DNA from: the human T2T-CHM13v2.0 reference genome, Homo sapiens
Assembly (NCBI RefSeq): GCF_009914755.1
Contig: NC_060943.1
Direction: 5' to 3' (one strand)
DNA: 64,000 nt
The stretch's first letter is position 1; each line of letters starts with the position of its first letter. Under the pieces are notes generated by a model. It was not told where the DNA came from. It saw only the letters and a program-made list of their open reading frames with translations, and searched no databases. Position numbers and translations under genes: made by a program. Shown here in pieces: positions 14,576 through 30,665 of this stretch.

Positions 14576-14846
14576 CAGGAGGGACAGCAGCAGGAGCAGA
14601 GCAAATGGCACACTCTCTTAGAAGAACAGCAGAGACCCTCATCTTTCCTTCACCAGGCTTCATCTTTCCAGAAAAGAGTGGTGGATTTAAGTAGCAATTT
14701 CCCCCTCCATTACATAGTATTACCCCCCACCCCATATTGACAAGCACAGGAATCACAGTGACTGTGCACCGTGACCGCCACACAGCAGTCTGAGGATGTG
14801 ATGACCACAGAGCTCCTTCTTGGGGACTGGCGTTTCCCATGCTCTG

Positions 14847-14848
<2 letters not shown>

Positions 14849-14878
<30 letters not shown>
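14849..14878. repeat. (TG)n microsatellite
   Basis: About 15 TG units. Confidence 0.96.
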
Positions 14879-14879
<1 letters not shown>

Positions 14880-16135
14880 ACATGCAATGTGGCCAGGCCG
14901 CCATGTGCCTCAGCAGAATGGTAAGACGAGTGAATAAGGCATTGATCCCTGTGAGCCCAAAGAACGCACGTGGTAGTCTCTTAGTAGCAAGCCTGTGAGC
15001 AACTGTTCTCAGGTGTCAGGAGTTGTGCCTCACTCATCCAGAATAACTGAGAGAGGACTTTGGGTCCCTTTACAGCCCCTGAGGAGGGTCCCTTTCCCAG
15101 GCAGGCCAAGGAACCCAGTTTGAAGAAGCTTGCCTGCCCTGCAACTTTATTCTAAACCCTCAGACAGCAGGTTCTGCATTCTTCCCCATCTTCCCTGCAG
15201 CATTTACCACCGCCTGAGGGAGGGGGGTATCCTGAGCCTACTCCCTCTTTGTGGGGTGACACCTGTCTGCACAGATATTCCAGGGGGAGGGGCTACCTGA
15301 TGGCGACCCTCTGACCCTCAAGCTGGCTGGTGTGAGGATGAAGCTGCAGGTCTCGCTTCTCCTCTGGGGAGAGCTGGCTGGGCTCCCCACGATGGGGCAG
15401 CTTGCAGGGAAAGGGGCTCAGTGCACCTGGCCACCCCCTTGCCTATGGGCTGCATGTTGAAGATGTATATTGAAGCTGCATAAATGGCTTGTATTTAAGT
15501 AATCCTTTTGACTCTGCCCTGGGAGTGGGGCTGCAAAGAGGAGGCTGTGGAAAGTGCAAGGGAAAGGTCCAGACCTCCAGCAATAGCAATGAAGGGCGCA
15601 TTCTGGGTCGAGCATGCCCCAGGGGGCTACTCCCTGTAACTGCTGGCCCGGCCCCATGGCCTCAGCACCCCAGGCCCAGTGTGGACATAATGGCCCTTCC
15701 TTTAGTGCCCCACAGGACAATATCCAGGATAATGGAAGGGGACAAAAGCCAGAGCATCCCAGACACCTAAGACTCCTTCTCTGGGCCTGGTGGGCATGGG
15801 CTGCAGCTCCTCGGGATCCCATCCTCAGGAGGTCCCCTCTCAAGGCTCTGCCTTCTTCAAAACCTGCCTGACACCCCCAGGCATGTGCAACCTTCTCCAC
15901 CTGCCCCAGTTGCTGAATGAGGCCCTGGCAGTCACTGGAAATATTCTTCACTTCCAGTAAGACTTCCCCACCATGCTCCACCTCACCAAGACCCCTTCTA
16001 GAAAACTCGGCTGCTACAGGCCCTGAAAAGGGGAGCCAGGAGTGATTGAGGGTGGAACGCCAAGTGTCACTACATCCGAAATTCAGATAGTCCTCCTGCA
16101 GCAAGTCAACTTGCAGACGTCATCAGGAACCCAGC

Positions 16136-17001
<866 letters not shown>

Positions 17002-17904
17002 CTATGACTGCTTAAGCAGGTCCTCCCGAGGAGCAGGGCTGCTGGGGGCACACACACTGTCCTGAGGACATGCTCTGCAGCCATTGAAACTGTTAGTGTC
17101 TGCCAGTCAGGAAACTCTCACCTTCTGCAAGGCAGTCTGGCTCTCCATGGCCTCCGAGTCACCGCAGCCCTGGATCAATACCAGTGTAAACAGAGCTTCG
17201 CTGTGAGTTGTTAGTTGTCTTTCCTGGTCTGGGGCGTAATTCATACTGTTGGCTCCTGGCACCTGGCTCGCCAGGGGCTGGCAGGGGTGCTGGGGAGAGG
17301 GGTGTGTGGTCAGGGTGAGAGCACAGTGCCCTGGAGGGCAGTTCCGGGAGAACAGTGAGGACATCTCCAACAAGGGGCTGGGGGACAAACACACCCTCTC
17401 CCGCAGCACAGGGGACTGGACTCTCCCCAGATCTCCTGTGCAGCTGAGCTGCCCACATGTCTCTGTCTGTCCAGCTTGCTGAGGACAATGTGTTAAGAAC
17501 CGTCTGCTCAGCTCATAAAGAGGCTTGGCCCTTCCGCCCTGGCTCTGGTTGGGGGTGTTTCAGGGAAACAGGCTTTCCAGGGATGCTTCGGCATGGCCGT
17601 GCCGTATCCTGGCAACCAGACCCAAAGCCACATCCTCTTGAGAGGACTGGGCAGGGTGGGGAAGTGGCCACTGCGTGGGGCTACCCCCATTGTCCACTCC
17701 ACCCTTAGCTGGCTCTATGCATACCCTGAGCTGTGCAGGAGTCACAGCTCTCCCTGAGTGCCACACCCTGTCCCAAGATGGCCTGCAGGGCATTCAGAGG
17801 TGCTATTTTCCACCATGGTCTCCCTGGGCTCCTGGGAAACTCCTTGGCCATAGCCTCAGTTTTCTCATCTGCAAAGTGAGGTGGGCTGGGAGCCACCACT
17901 CCCT

Positions 17905-18030
17905 ACGATAATCCCAGTGCTTTGAGAAGTGGAGGTGGTTGGATGGCTTCAGGCTAGGAGTTCAAGACCAGCCTGGGCAACATAGCCAGACCCTGTCTTA
18001 AACAAACAAACAAACAAACAAACAAACAAA
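17905..18030 (+). mobile_element. Truncated Alu left monomer with (AAAC)n tail
   Basis: taatcccagtgctttg...accctgtct followed by AAAC repeats. Confidence 0.8.
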
Positions 18031-18507
18031 ACTTAAATGGGTGTGGATGATACTGTCTTTCACAGACCCAGCGCTCCCCAGCTGCCCATGCACCTCTGCC
18101 ACTCCTCCTTCCTGGATAATTGATTTCAAAGCAATGGCAGTTGAGGTGACTGGGCTGGGGTCTGTGCCGTGCAGCCCTCTAGACACAAACTCCCTGCCCT
18201 TGAGGCACCTCCTTATCTCCAAGCCCAGCCAGGTCTAGTCATCCTGGGCTCCTCGCTCTGTTTCCCCTTATCCAGGAGCTAGAAAAAGACTCGTGGCATA
18301 CTCCCCGCCACCCATAGCCTGCTCAATCCACAGAGGTACAGATGATCCACCAAAGTCCGCCTCATTCAGGCCTGCTGACTACCTTGTCAAACCACATCTC
18401 CTCCTACAGCAGAACTGTGGGGAGACAGGCCCCAGGCTGGAGTGCCCCCCAGCCAGGGCCTCACCTTCAACCTTTAATGCTCCCCTTGCCAGGTTTCTGA
18501 ACATATC

Positions 18508-18881
18508 TGCAATGACCTGAATGTGTCTCCCAAAAAGCAAAATGTTGGAAACTTGATCCTCAATCTAAGTGTTGAGAGGTGAGGCCCAAAGAGAGGTGAT
18601 AAGGCCATGATGGCAGAGTCAAAGGACTAACACTGTTATCGAAGAAGTGGGTTTGTCACACAGGGGGAATCTGGCCCTCTCTTACTCTCACTGTCTCCCC
18701 CTCTCACCCTCTCTTTGCCCTTTAGCCATATTGTGAAGCAGCAAGAAGGCTCTTATGAGATGCTGACCTTGTTGATCTTGAACTTCCCAGCCTTCAGAAC
18801 CACGAACCAATAAATTCCTGTTCATTATAAATTACCCAGTCTGTGGTATTCTGTTACAGCAACACAAAATGGACTAAGACA
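18508..18881 (+). mobile_element. MST-family MaLR LTR (MSTC/D-like)
   Basis: tgcaatgacctgaatgtgtctccc...aataaattcc...ggactaagaca. Confidence 0.8.
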
Positions 18882-19149
18882 GTCTTCTCTGCTGTCTCTC
18901 CCATAGGCAGTTCTGCCAGATCCCCCAAAGCCCACCAATCCCCTCACCCCAGGGCTCCAGAAGAGGTTATGTCCTCTTTGGAGGTGGACCCATCCTGATG
19001 GCCTTGGACCTGTGGCTCCCTGGGCCTCCCATCAGCCCCTCTATTTGGAGAGTCACTGCAGCCAGGAGCCCCAAGAAGGGACTTCTCAATTCCCCAATAG
19101 TGGACACTGTGTTGCTCCACCCAGATCTCCTCTCCAGGGCTGATGCCAC

Positions 19150-19212
19150 TATGCTGGTCGGGGTTCTCCAAGGAGACAGAGCCAACAGATAGATAGATGA
19201 TGATAGATAGAT

Positions 19213-19265
<53 letters not shown>

Positions 19266-19957
19266 ACACACATGAGAGAGAGAGAGAGATAGCAGAAGTC
19301 AGGCACAGTGGCTCACACTTATAATCCCAGCACTTTGGAAGGCCAAAGTGGGAGAATCGCTTGAGCCCAGGTTCAAGACCAGCCTGGGCAACACAGTGAG
19401 ACCCCCATCTCTACAAAAGATCTGTATGTATGTACGTATGTATCTATTATCTACATGAGATTTTTTAGGGGAATTGTCTCGTGGTTATGGAGGCTGAGGT
19501 TTCCCATCCTCAGCCACCTGCCAGCTGGAGACCCGGGTATGTTGGGAGTGTGACTCACTCCAAGTCTGAAAGCCTCAGAACCAGGAAAGCTGGTGGTATA
19601 ACTCTCAGTCCGAGGCTGAAGGTCTGAGAACCTGGGCTGGGGGCCACTGGTGCAAGTCCTACAGTTCAAAGCCTGGAGAACCTGGAGTTCTGATGTCTCA
19701 GGGCAGGACAGTAGGGATGTGTCTGCTCCAGGAAAGAGAGTGAATTCACCTTTCCTCTGCCTTTTCGTGCTATCCAGGCCCCCAGCCAATTGGTGGTACC
19801 CACCCACATTGAGGGCGGATCTTCCCAACTCAGTCCATTGACTCACATACCAGTCTCCTCTGGAAACACCCTCTCAGACACAACCAGAAATAATGCTCTC
19901 CCAGCCGTCTAGGTGTCCCTTAATCCAGACAAGTTGATGCCTAAAATTAACCATCAT
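19150..19957 (-). mobile_element. MLT2 (ERVL) LTR containing a (GATA)n microsatellite and a FLAM (19298-19418)
   Basis: Reverse complement starts ATGATGGTTAATTTTAGGCATCAACTTG; GATA run at 19188-19265. Confidence 0.8.
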
Positions 19958-19969
19958 GGCCATTATCCC

Positions 19970-20330
19970 CATGGGAGCTGGGAATATCCCTGCCTTCTTC
20001 CCTGGGAATTCCCTTGGCACCCGGGAAGCACCTTTCCTAAGTTTATGCCTCCTGTGGGGTGATCCTGTATCCAGCGACTGGCTGATGTGGGAGTACAAAG
20101 CCCTGCCCCTCACCTCAGTTTGGGGCAACTCTGAAGGCGTGTCCAGCTCCAGGGCTCCCCCAGGCCTGGCTGAGGCCTAGCTGTAACTGCACTGGGGGGT
20201 CGCCTTCCCTCTCTGCCCACCCTCGCCCTCCCCGCTTCCCTATAGGGGGTCTCTCCTGAGAGCCATCAGTGTAAACCTCCTGCCCCAAACTCTCCACCTC
20301 AGCTGCTTCCAGAGAACTCAGCCTAAGATG
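19970..20330 (+). mobile_element. LTR16-like ERVL LTR fragment
   Basis: Ends ctcagctgcttccagagaactcagcctaaga, resembling the LTR16 terminus. Confidence 0.5.
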
Positions 20331-20792
20331 CCTTTGGGCTCTGGGGCCAGGTGGCTGTGAGCACAGGGGGCACGGGCTTGCATCCTCTTGGAATTTTCAC
20401 TGCAAACTCAGAGTCCTGACTTTCACAGGTCTGGCCGTCTCATGGGTCTGGCCCCATAGGCCTTCCCTAGCTCAGCCCTTGGGCAGCAGACTCCCTTTGT
20501 AATAGACACTGTGGCTCCTCTTCGATGCCCTGTTCCATACTGGGCACCTCTGCCCTGGATTCCACCATCTGTACCTGCCACTCCTCAGAAGATCACCCAG
20601 GGTTAGGGAGCTGCCCTGCCCACAGGTGCAGAGAGTCTTAAGTTCCTGGAAGCTGATGAGAGCCTGGGCAGTGCTTAGTCAATGACTGACAGGTGCAGGA
20701 GTAGGAAAGCCCAGCTCCATTGCCTCAAGGTGAGGACAGCCGGACTTTGCCTGAGATCCCAATCTTGATTGACTTCTTACTCTTCCCTGGCC

Positions 20793-21125
20793 TGATCCCC
20801 CCTACCTTTCTAGCATCAGGGACTAGTTTCATGGAAGACAATTTTTCCGTGGATGGTGGGGGAGGGGAGATCAGGGATGGATTGGGGATAAGTCTGTTTC
20901 ACCTTAGATCCTCAGGCATTAGTTAGATTCTTATAAGAAGCATGCAGCCTAGATCCCTCACATGCACAGTTCACAAAAGAGTTCACACTCCTATGAGAAT
21001 CTAATGCCACCGCTGATTTGACAGGAGGCAGAGCTCAGGCAATAATGTTCACTCACCTGCCACTCACCTCCTGCTGAGGCCATGAACCAGTACTAGTCCA
21101 TGGCCTGGGGCTTAAGAACCCCTGC
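20793..21125 (+). mobile_element. MER1B-like hAT-Charlie DNA transposon
   Basis: gactagtttcatggaagacaatttttcc...ttagattcttataag...ctcctatgagaatctaatgcc...cccctg. Confidence 0.8.
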
Positions 21126-21636
21126 TTTATAACTCATTTGCCCATGAATGTCGATCTCAGGCTTCTCTAGGGAACCCCACCCAAGACACTTCTCTCAACA
21201 AGAGAAAAAAATGGAGTCCAGACAGCGCCAACATATATACACACATTCAAGCCTGGGGGGCTTGCATCTTGTAGTTTGCATGTTTATTTCAGGCCGGGAA
21301 GGACTTTCTCCCACCCAAGGATCCGCCATGTGAGAATCACTCATCCGCATTTCCTTCCATTATTTTTGAGAGCTTCATTTGTTATGATTAAAGCTTTAAT
21401 CCACTATTGGAATTTATTTTGGTGCATGGTGTTGAGAAGGAAACCAATTTAATATTTTTCATAAAACAGTTAACTAATGATCACAGCACCATTTATTTAT
21501 TTATGTAGTTTTTAAATTAAAAATGAATTAGAACATGAAATGATCTCCAAGATATTATTAAGTAAAAGGAAAAACAAAGTGCAGGATAGTGTGTATAATA
21601 AGCTCTTATTTATTTATTTATTAAATACATAAAAGG

Positions 21637-22250
<614 letters not shown>

Positions 22251-23361
22251 ACATATAAGGCCATCTATAGGCATGGACAGTTTCTATAAGGTTTTGTAGA
22301 AACTGTTGATAGTGGTTGCCTCCCGATAGAGGGCCAGGGCTCTGAAGTGGAAAGGAGAACTACTTCTCACTGAGTATTCTGTGATCCATTTGAATTTTTT
22401 GTCATATTCGGTCATTAGCTTTTTAGTAAAATTTAAGCGAATTTTAAAAATTTAAGACTCTGTGGGTTGCAAGTAACAAAATGTAACTGAAGCTAACTTG
22501 AACATAAAGGGACACATGTTTTGAAGGATGCAGTGATCACCCTGGAGCCCTAAGCCAGGAGGGCAGCCAGTGTGGAGATGCGTGGAATGAAGGATGCTAA
22601 TAGGATACCCCCTCCTGCCTGTCCAGCTGTTCCCACCCTACATCAGAGGACTTCTCTCCCAGCAGAAAGTGCCTGAAACCCACCTGACCCTGCCCACTCT
22701 CGCCAGGCAGGGATAAGGTTCGTCTTCTTAGAGCATACTTCTTTTTTAGAGAAAGCAGGCCACTCCACTCTATCTGCCTGCCTTCCTCGTTGTGCCACCC
22801 ATAGGCTGAATGATAATGAAATCTTCCCCAACACACCCCATGGATGGTAGCCAATTTCATTTAGAAGAGAGAACATGTTAAGAGCCTTCTAGAATAGAAC
22901 TTCACCCTACTTGGTTGCCAGTCCAAAGCAGATACCATTTCTTCCTTCCTGGAGAGAATAAGGCAGTGATGGTTCCAGTGAATTCTTACCTTCCATAATT
23001 CTTTGGTGGCTTGTTTCCATGACCAGCAGTCACCCCAGGGTTTGCTTGTAATGGGGGGAATTCCCTATCCAGTGTCCTGTGGGGACACCCAGAAAGGAGC
23101 ACCGTGGGGGATCCCCTGAAAGGGCTGACGGCCGTGATGATTTACTCCCACTTAGAGCCTGAACACAAAACTGTGGCTTTCTTGAGGGACTGAGAATCAC
23201 AAGCCCCCTGTTGGCCAGATTTTCTTTTTTCTGGTACTACATCTCTTATAAAATCCTGAGCTGTCTAACTATAGGGATTTCCTATAGCCTTACTCTCTAT
23301 TGGTCCCTACTCTTACAGCCAAGAGCCAATAAGCCCATCAATTACATTTCTAATATATAAA

Positions 23362-23967
23362 TGTGAAAGGAAAATAAATCTTGGAACCCCAAAATCACTA
23401 AGCTAAAGGAAAAAGTCAAGCTGGGAACTTCTCATGGCAAACCTGCCTCCCTTTCTATTCAATGATCTAAATGTGTCTCCCAAAAAGCAAGATGTTGGAA
23501 ACTTGATCCCCAGTGCAAGTGTTCAGAGGTGGGGCCCAAAAGGAGAATTGATAAGGCCATGATGGCAGAGTCAACGGATTAATGCTGTTATTAATGTGAG
23601 CACCCCTCTGTGCACTGAGATGATGCATATCTGATTGCCTTCTTCAGAGAGGCTAATCAGAAACTCGAAAGAATGCAACCATTTGTCTCTTATCTACCTA
23701 TGATCTGGAAGCCCCCTCCCCACTTTGAGTTGTTCTGCCTTTGCTTCGAGTTGTCCCACCTTTCTGGACCAAACCAGTGTTCATCTTACATATGTCAACT
23801 GGGGTCTCATGTCTCCCTAAAATGTATAAAACCAAACTGTGCTCTGACCACCTTGGGCACGTGTTGTCAGGACCTCCTGAGGCTGTGTCACAGATGCACG
23901 TCCTCAACCTTGGCAAAATAAACTTTCCAAATTAACTGAGACCTGACTCAGATATTTGGGGTTCACA
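23362..23967 (+). mobile_element. MER4A1 solo LTR (ERV1) carrying a foreign ~135-bp insert
   Basis: TGTGAAAGGAAAATAAATCTTGG...GGGGTTCACA; MST-derived segment at 23461-23592. Confidence 0.85.
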
Positions 23968-25854
23968 TAACCAGGGGAGATATTTCTCAGTGTTCAATGG
24001 GACACCTTCACTATTGACTTATTTCCTTACTCCCATCCTGTCTCAGTAAGTCTTTGAGGGAGGAACAGTTTACTCATAACCCCACTTCTGGTACCAAAGT
24101 TGATCTTTGTTAATATTCTTCTGATTATTTCATTCGACTAGAATAGGCTTAGACACAAACATGTTGTTGTTGTATTTTAAAGTATGCAGAATCTGTGGAC
24201 AGGAATCCAGCCAGGTTTCAGGAAAATCTGTGACTCAGCCTGGACTCCCATTACCACATGACTGAGAACATGGCTGGCCCCTTTCTTGACTATTTAAATC
24301 ACTGGTTTAGCCACAGGAAGGGCTGACTTTCCCAGCTCTATTCCAAAATTCTGGTCAGGGGAATCTCTGTTGGCCAAGTTTGGGATAATGACTACTCTTG
24401 GTTCAAACTTCATAGGCCAGGATGGAGGTAGGGTTAGGGTTGGGGAGCAGGTAGGATGATATTGTACGGAATGGACACCAGCACAATTGTCAAAATAAGG
24501 GGCTGGGATTAGAGACTTGTTTGAACAGAGAAGACATCTCCAAAAGGTAAACAAAAACCTAAAGATATACAGGCACACCTCATTTTATTGCATTTCACTT
24601 TATTATGCTTCACATACATTGCATTTTTTACAAATTGAAGATTTGTGGCAACCCTGTGTTGAGCAAGTATATTGGTGTCATTTTTTCCAGTCACATGTGC
24701 TGACTTTTTGTCTCTGTGTCACATTTTGGTAATTCTTGCAATATTTCTAACTTTTTCATTATTATTGTATCTGTTATGGTGATCTGTGATCAGTGATTTT
24801 TGATGTTACTATGTACATGTACATAGTATGTACATGGTAACTATGTACATATTACTATGTGTACATACATGACCCTATAAGACAGTAAACTTAATTGATA
24901 AATGTTGTGTGTATTCTGACTGTTCCACCAACTGACCATTCTCCCCTCTCTCTTCCTCTCCTCAGGCCTCCCTATGTCCTGAGACACAACAATATTGAAG
25001 TTAGGCCAGTTAACAACCCTACAATGGCCCCTAAGTGTTCAAGTAGAAAAAAGAGTTGAATATCTCTCACTTCAAATTAAAAGCTAGAAATGATTAACCT
25101 TAGTGAAGAAGGCATGTCAGAAGCCAAGATGGGCCAAAATCTAGGCCTTTTGTGCCAAACAGCTGGCCAAGCTGTGAATGCAAAGGAAAGGCGCTTGAAG
25201 GTCATTAAAAGTGCTACTCCAGTGAATGTCTGAATGATAAGAAATCTAAACAGCCTATTGGTGGTATGGAGAACGTTCGAGTGGTCTGGATAGAAGATCA
25301 AACCAGTCACAACATTCTTTTAAGCCAAAGCCTAATCCAGAGCAAGGCCATAACTCTCTTTAATCCTGTGAAGGCTGAGAGAGGTGAAGAAGCTGCAGAA
25401 GAAAAGTTGGAAGCTAGCAGAGGTTGGTTCATGGGGCTTAAGGAAAGAAGCTGTCTCCATAATATAAAAGTGCAAGGTGAAGCAGCACATGCTGATGGAG
25501 AAGCTGCGTCAAGCTATCCAGAAGATCTATCTAAGATCATTGATGAAGGTGGCTACACTCAACAACAGATTTTCAGTGTAGACAAAATAGCCACCTATTG
25601 GAAGAAGATGCCATCTAGGACTTTCAGAGCTTGAGAGGAGAAGTCAATGCCTGACTTCAAAGCTTCAAAGGACAGACTAACTCTCTTGTTAGGGGCTAAG
25701 GCAGCTAGTGACCTTAAGTTGAAGCTAATACTCATTTACCGTTCTGAAAATCCTAGGGCCCGTAAGAACTAAGCTAAATCTACCCTGCCTATGCTCTGTA
25801 AATGGAACAACAAAGCCTGGATGACATGTGTTTATAGCATGGTTTACTGAATAT

Positions 25855-26441
<587 letters not shown>

Positions 26442-26591
26442 TGGTTTACTGAATATTTTAAACCCACTGTTGAGACCTACTGCTCAGAAAAGAAGATTCC
26501 TTTCAAAATATTACTGCTCATTGACAATGAACCTGGTCACCCAAGAACTCTGATGCAGATGTACAATGGATTAATATTGTTTTCATGCCTG

Positions 26592-27190
26592 TGTAGGGGA
26601 GTCAGAGATCACCTTCAACACTCCCTTGAGCACTTATGTGGGCTGTTCGGCTGGATCTAGAAACCAATGCACACCCAGGTAAATGAACAAGAGAAAAGCA
26701 TATGAATGTTATGAGTTTTACATGTACATGGGGATCTTCACAAGAGAGTGAAGTCTGAAGAAGTGGCCAAAGCAAGATCTTTTCATACTTTTTAGATAAA
26801 GAACAATGAATTTGAGAAGAAATAACAGGACAAAGAAAATTTGGCAGGGGCAGTAAATTTTCTAGGGGTCACTAGAAGATATGGAGAGGGAAACTAGTGG
26901 AAGATAACAGTTACTTTGTTAAATCTATTTATTCAGGTCCATTGTAGCCACCAAATCCCAGTCTCTGTTGATCAGAGCTGTTTTCTTGCCCTGGTATAGG
27001 TGAGGGTACCAGTCTCCAAGAGGAATCTTTATGGCTTGCTGAATGCAGAAAGAGGTCAGCTAGCCCTTTCTGCAATCATAATTTCTTTGATGTTCCCAAA
27101 ATAATCAATATACCAAGATATGATTGGTATAATAATCATTATACCAATCAATAATCAATATTTTGAGATGGCACGTCCTTTGCTCCTTCA
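26592..27190 (-). mobile_element. MER39/MER34-group solo LTR nested in Tigger1
   Basis: Reverse complement starts TGAAGGAGCAAAGGACGTGCCATCTCAAAATAT; Tigger1 sequence catgcctg|ctaacacaacatcc is continuous across it. Confidence 0.75.
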
Positions 27191-28215
27191 TCTACTAACA
27201 CAACATCCATTCTGCAGCCCATGGATCAAGGAGTAATTTTGGTTTTTAAGTCTCATTATTTAAGAGCCATGTGTTGTAAAGATACAGCTGTCACAGGGAG
27301 TGGTTCCTCTAATAGATCTGGGCAAAGTGAACTGTAAACCTTTTGGAAAGAATTCACCAGTCTAGATGCCAGTAAGAATATTTGTGATTTATGAGACGGA
27401 GGTCAAAATAGCAACATCAACGGAAGTTTGGAAAAAGTTGATTCCAATCCTCATGGATGAATTTGAGGGGTTCAAGACCTCAGTAGAGACAATAACTGTT
27501 GGTGGGGTGGAAATAGTAAGAGAACTAGAATGAGAAATGAAGCCTGAAGATGTGACTGAATTGCTTCAACCTTGTGATCAAACTTTTACAGATGAGGAGT
27601 TGCTTCTTATGCATGACAGAAGAAAAAGTGGTCACTTAAATCTACTCCTGGCGAAGATGCTGTAAACATTGTTGAAACGACATAAAGGGTTTAGAATATT
27701 GCATAAACATAGTTGATAAAAGCAGTGGCAGGGTTTGAGAGGATTGACTATAATTTTGAAAGAAGTTCTACTGTGGGTAAAATGCTATCACACAGTATTG
27801 CAGGCTGCAGAGGAATCTTTCATGAAAGAAAGAGTCAATCGATGCATCATATTTCATTTTGTCTTATTTTAAGAAAGTGCCACAGCCACCCCAGTCTTCA
27901 GCAACCTTGACCCTGATCAGTCAGCAGCTATCATCAACATTGAGCCAAGACCCTCTACCAGCAAAAAGATTACAGCTAGCTGAAGGCTCAGATGATCATT
28001 AGCATTTTTAAGCAGTAAAGTATTTTTAAGTTAAAGTATATGTATTTTTTTAGACATAATGCTATTGCACACAATAGACTGCAGTATCATGTAAATATAG
28101 CTTTTATATGCGCTGGGAAGCAAAAAAATTCATGTGACTTGCTTCATTGCAATATGTGCTTTATTAAGTTGGTCTGGAAGTGAACCTGCAATATTTCTGA
28201 GGTATGGTTGTATAA

Positions 28216-28517
<302 letters not shown>

Positions 28518-28663
28518 AAGATGTATTTTCTATTTCAAGAGAAATGTCTGTAGATGACAGAAAAATCAGATTCAAGAAAACAGGAAATACCCTTGATACC
28601 ACCTGCTCAGACAATTACTATTAATACCTTGGTTTTGGGGTGGTTTTTTGTTTTAGTTTTTAG

Positions 28664-29076
<413 letters not shown>

Positions 29077-29539
29077 GTGTCCCCCTGTTTTTGTAATAAA
29101 TTTTACATATATGTGGCGGCCAAATATAAATGCTCACCTTGCTTTATTAGAGACTGGAAACTATTTGATCTTTCTTCTCTTTTTTGTTGCTTTAGAGAGA
29201 CAGAATACAAATATCTCCTCTCTCCTCCTGGGAAGCTTTGCAAAATTAAGCCCTTCCTGCCCTGGAGAGAAAAGGGTAATCAGGTTTTTGGTTCTTAAAT
29301 GATAGACTGAATGGCTCATCCAATCAGGCATATTGTGAAAGAACAAGAGAAGATGAGCAGTTTGTTGGCATTTGAGGTGTGCAATAAATAATACTGTTCC
29401 CTCCCCACCACGTTTTGAACTGATTGAAAAATAAAATACAGTAATCAGACAGATGGAGATGAAATTGTCAGCACTGATGAGGCTAACAGGATCTGCAGCC
29501 CTGTTGCCTGTTGGGCTTCCTAATACACACATAAGGAAA

Positions 29540-29790
29540 TATACATATAAATATATTTATTATATATAATAAATATTTATATATTATATATAAGTATATA
29601 TTTTAATTATGTATAATAATATATAGCAACATATATGTAATAAATGATAAACATATACTTTATATCATATATAAACTTATATATGAAGTTTATTATTATG
29701 TGTATATATTATATATGAAGTTTATAATATATGTTTGTCATGTATACCTATGAAGTTTATTATTATATGTAATAAAAATATCTATTTTAT
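29540..29790. repeat. AT-rich (TA)n low-complexity tract
   Basis: Degenerate tatata repeats next to an Alu tail. Confidence 0.88.
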
Positions 29791-29794
29791 TATA

Positions 29795-30072
29795 CAGGCA
29801 GAGTCTCACTCTGTGTCCAAGGTTAAGTGCATGGTGTGATCATAGCTCACTGCAGCCTTGACCTCCTGGGCTCAAGCCTTCTTCCCATCTCAGGCTCTTG
29901 AGTAGCTGGTGCTACAGGCATGCAGCACCACACTCAGCTAATTAGAAACAAATATTTTGTAGACACAAGATCTCACTATGTTGCTCAGGCTAGTCTCAAA
30001 CTCTTGGTCTCAAGTGATCTCCCCACCTCCCAAAGTGTTGGGATTACAGGCCTGAGCCACTGTACCTGGCCT
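29795..30072 (-). mobile_element. AluJ
   Basis: Diverged antisense Alu. Confidence 0.88.
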
Positions 30073-30665
30073 GGACTTCCTAATATTATACCCCACCACC
30101 AACTCCTTCCTCACCAGCTGGGACAATGGTTAGTGACAGCCCCCTGCATACACATCTGCAAAAATGGGTCGTACCATATTCACTTTGCTCTGAAACCTGC
30201 TCTGTTCCTTATCAATACCTTTTACTTTATGGATCTCCATTAACTGGGATCTTAGTTGTTATAACTTCGGACTTTTTATAGAGAGTGCTGTAATGAACAT
30301 CTTTATTCATACATTGTTTTTAATCTATTTGATGATTTCCTTATGATAAATTCCAAGAAGCGGCTCACATTGCAACTGTGTACATATATTGCCACATTGG
30401 TATCAGGAAGATGGTAATAATTCAGAATTTAGCTAACAGTGTTTGAAAGTTCTTGTTTTTCCACATGCTCATAGGCATTGGCAATCCTCCTTTTTAACTC
30501 TTTGCAAATATGATAGACCAAAACATTGTTTTAATATACGTTTCTGTTGGTCACTGAAGTTGAATGTCTTTTAATGTTTATTGCATATCCCCTCTTTTGG
30601 AATTGATTGCCTTTGTCTTTTCATCTTCTTTTATTGATTATTAAGAGCTCTTTATATGTTAAGAA

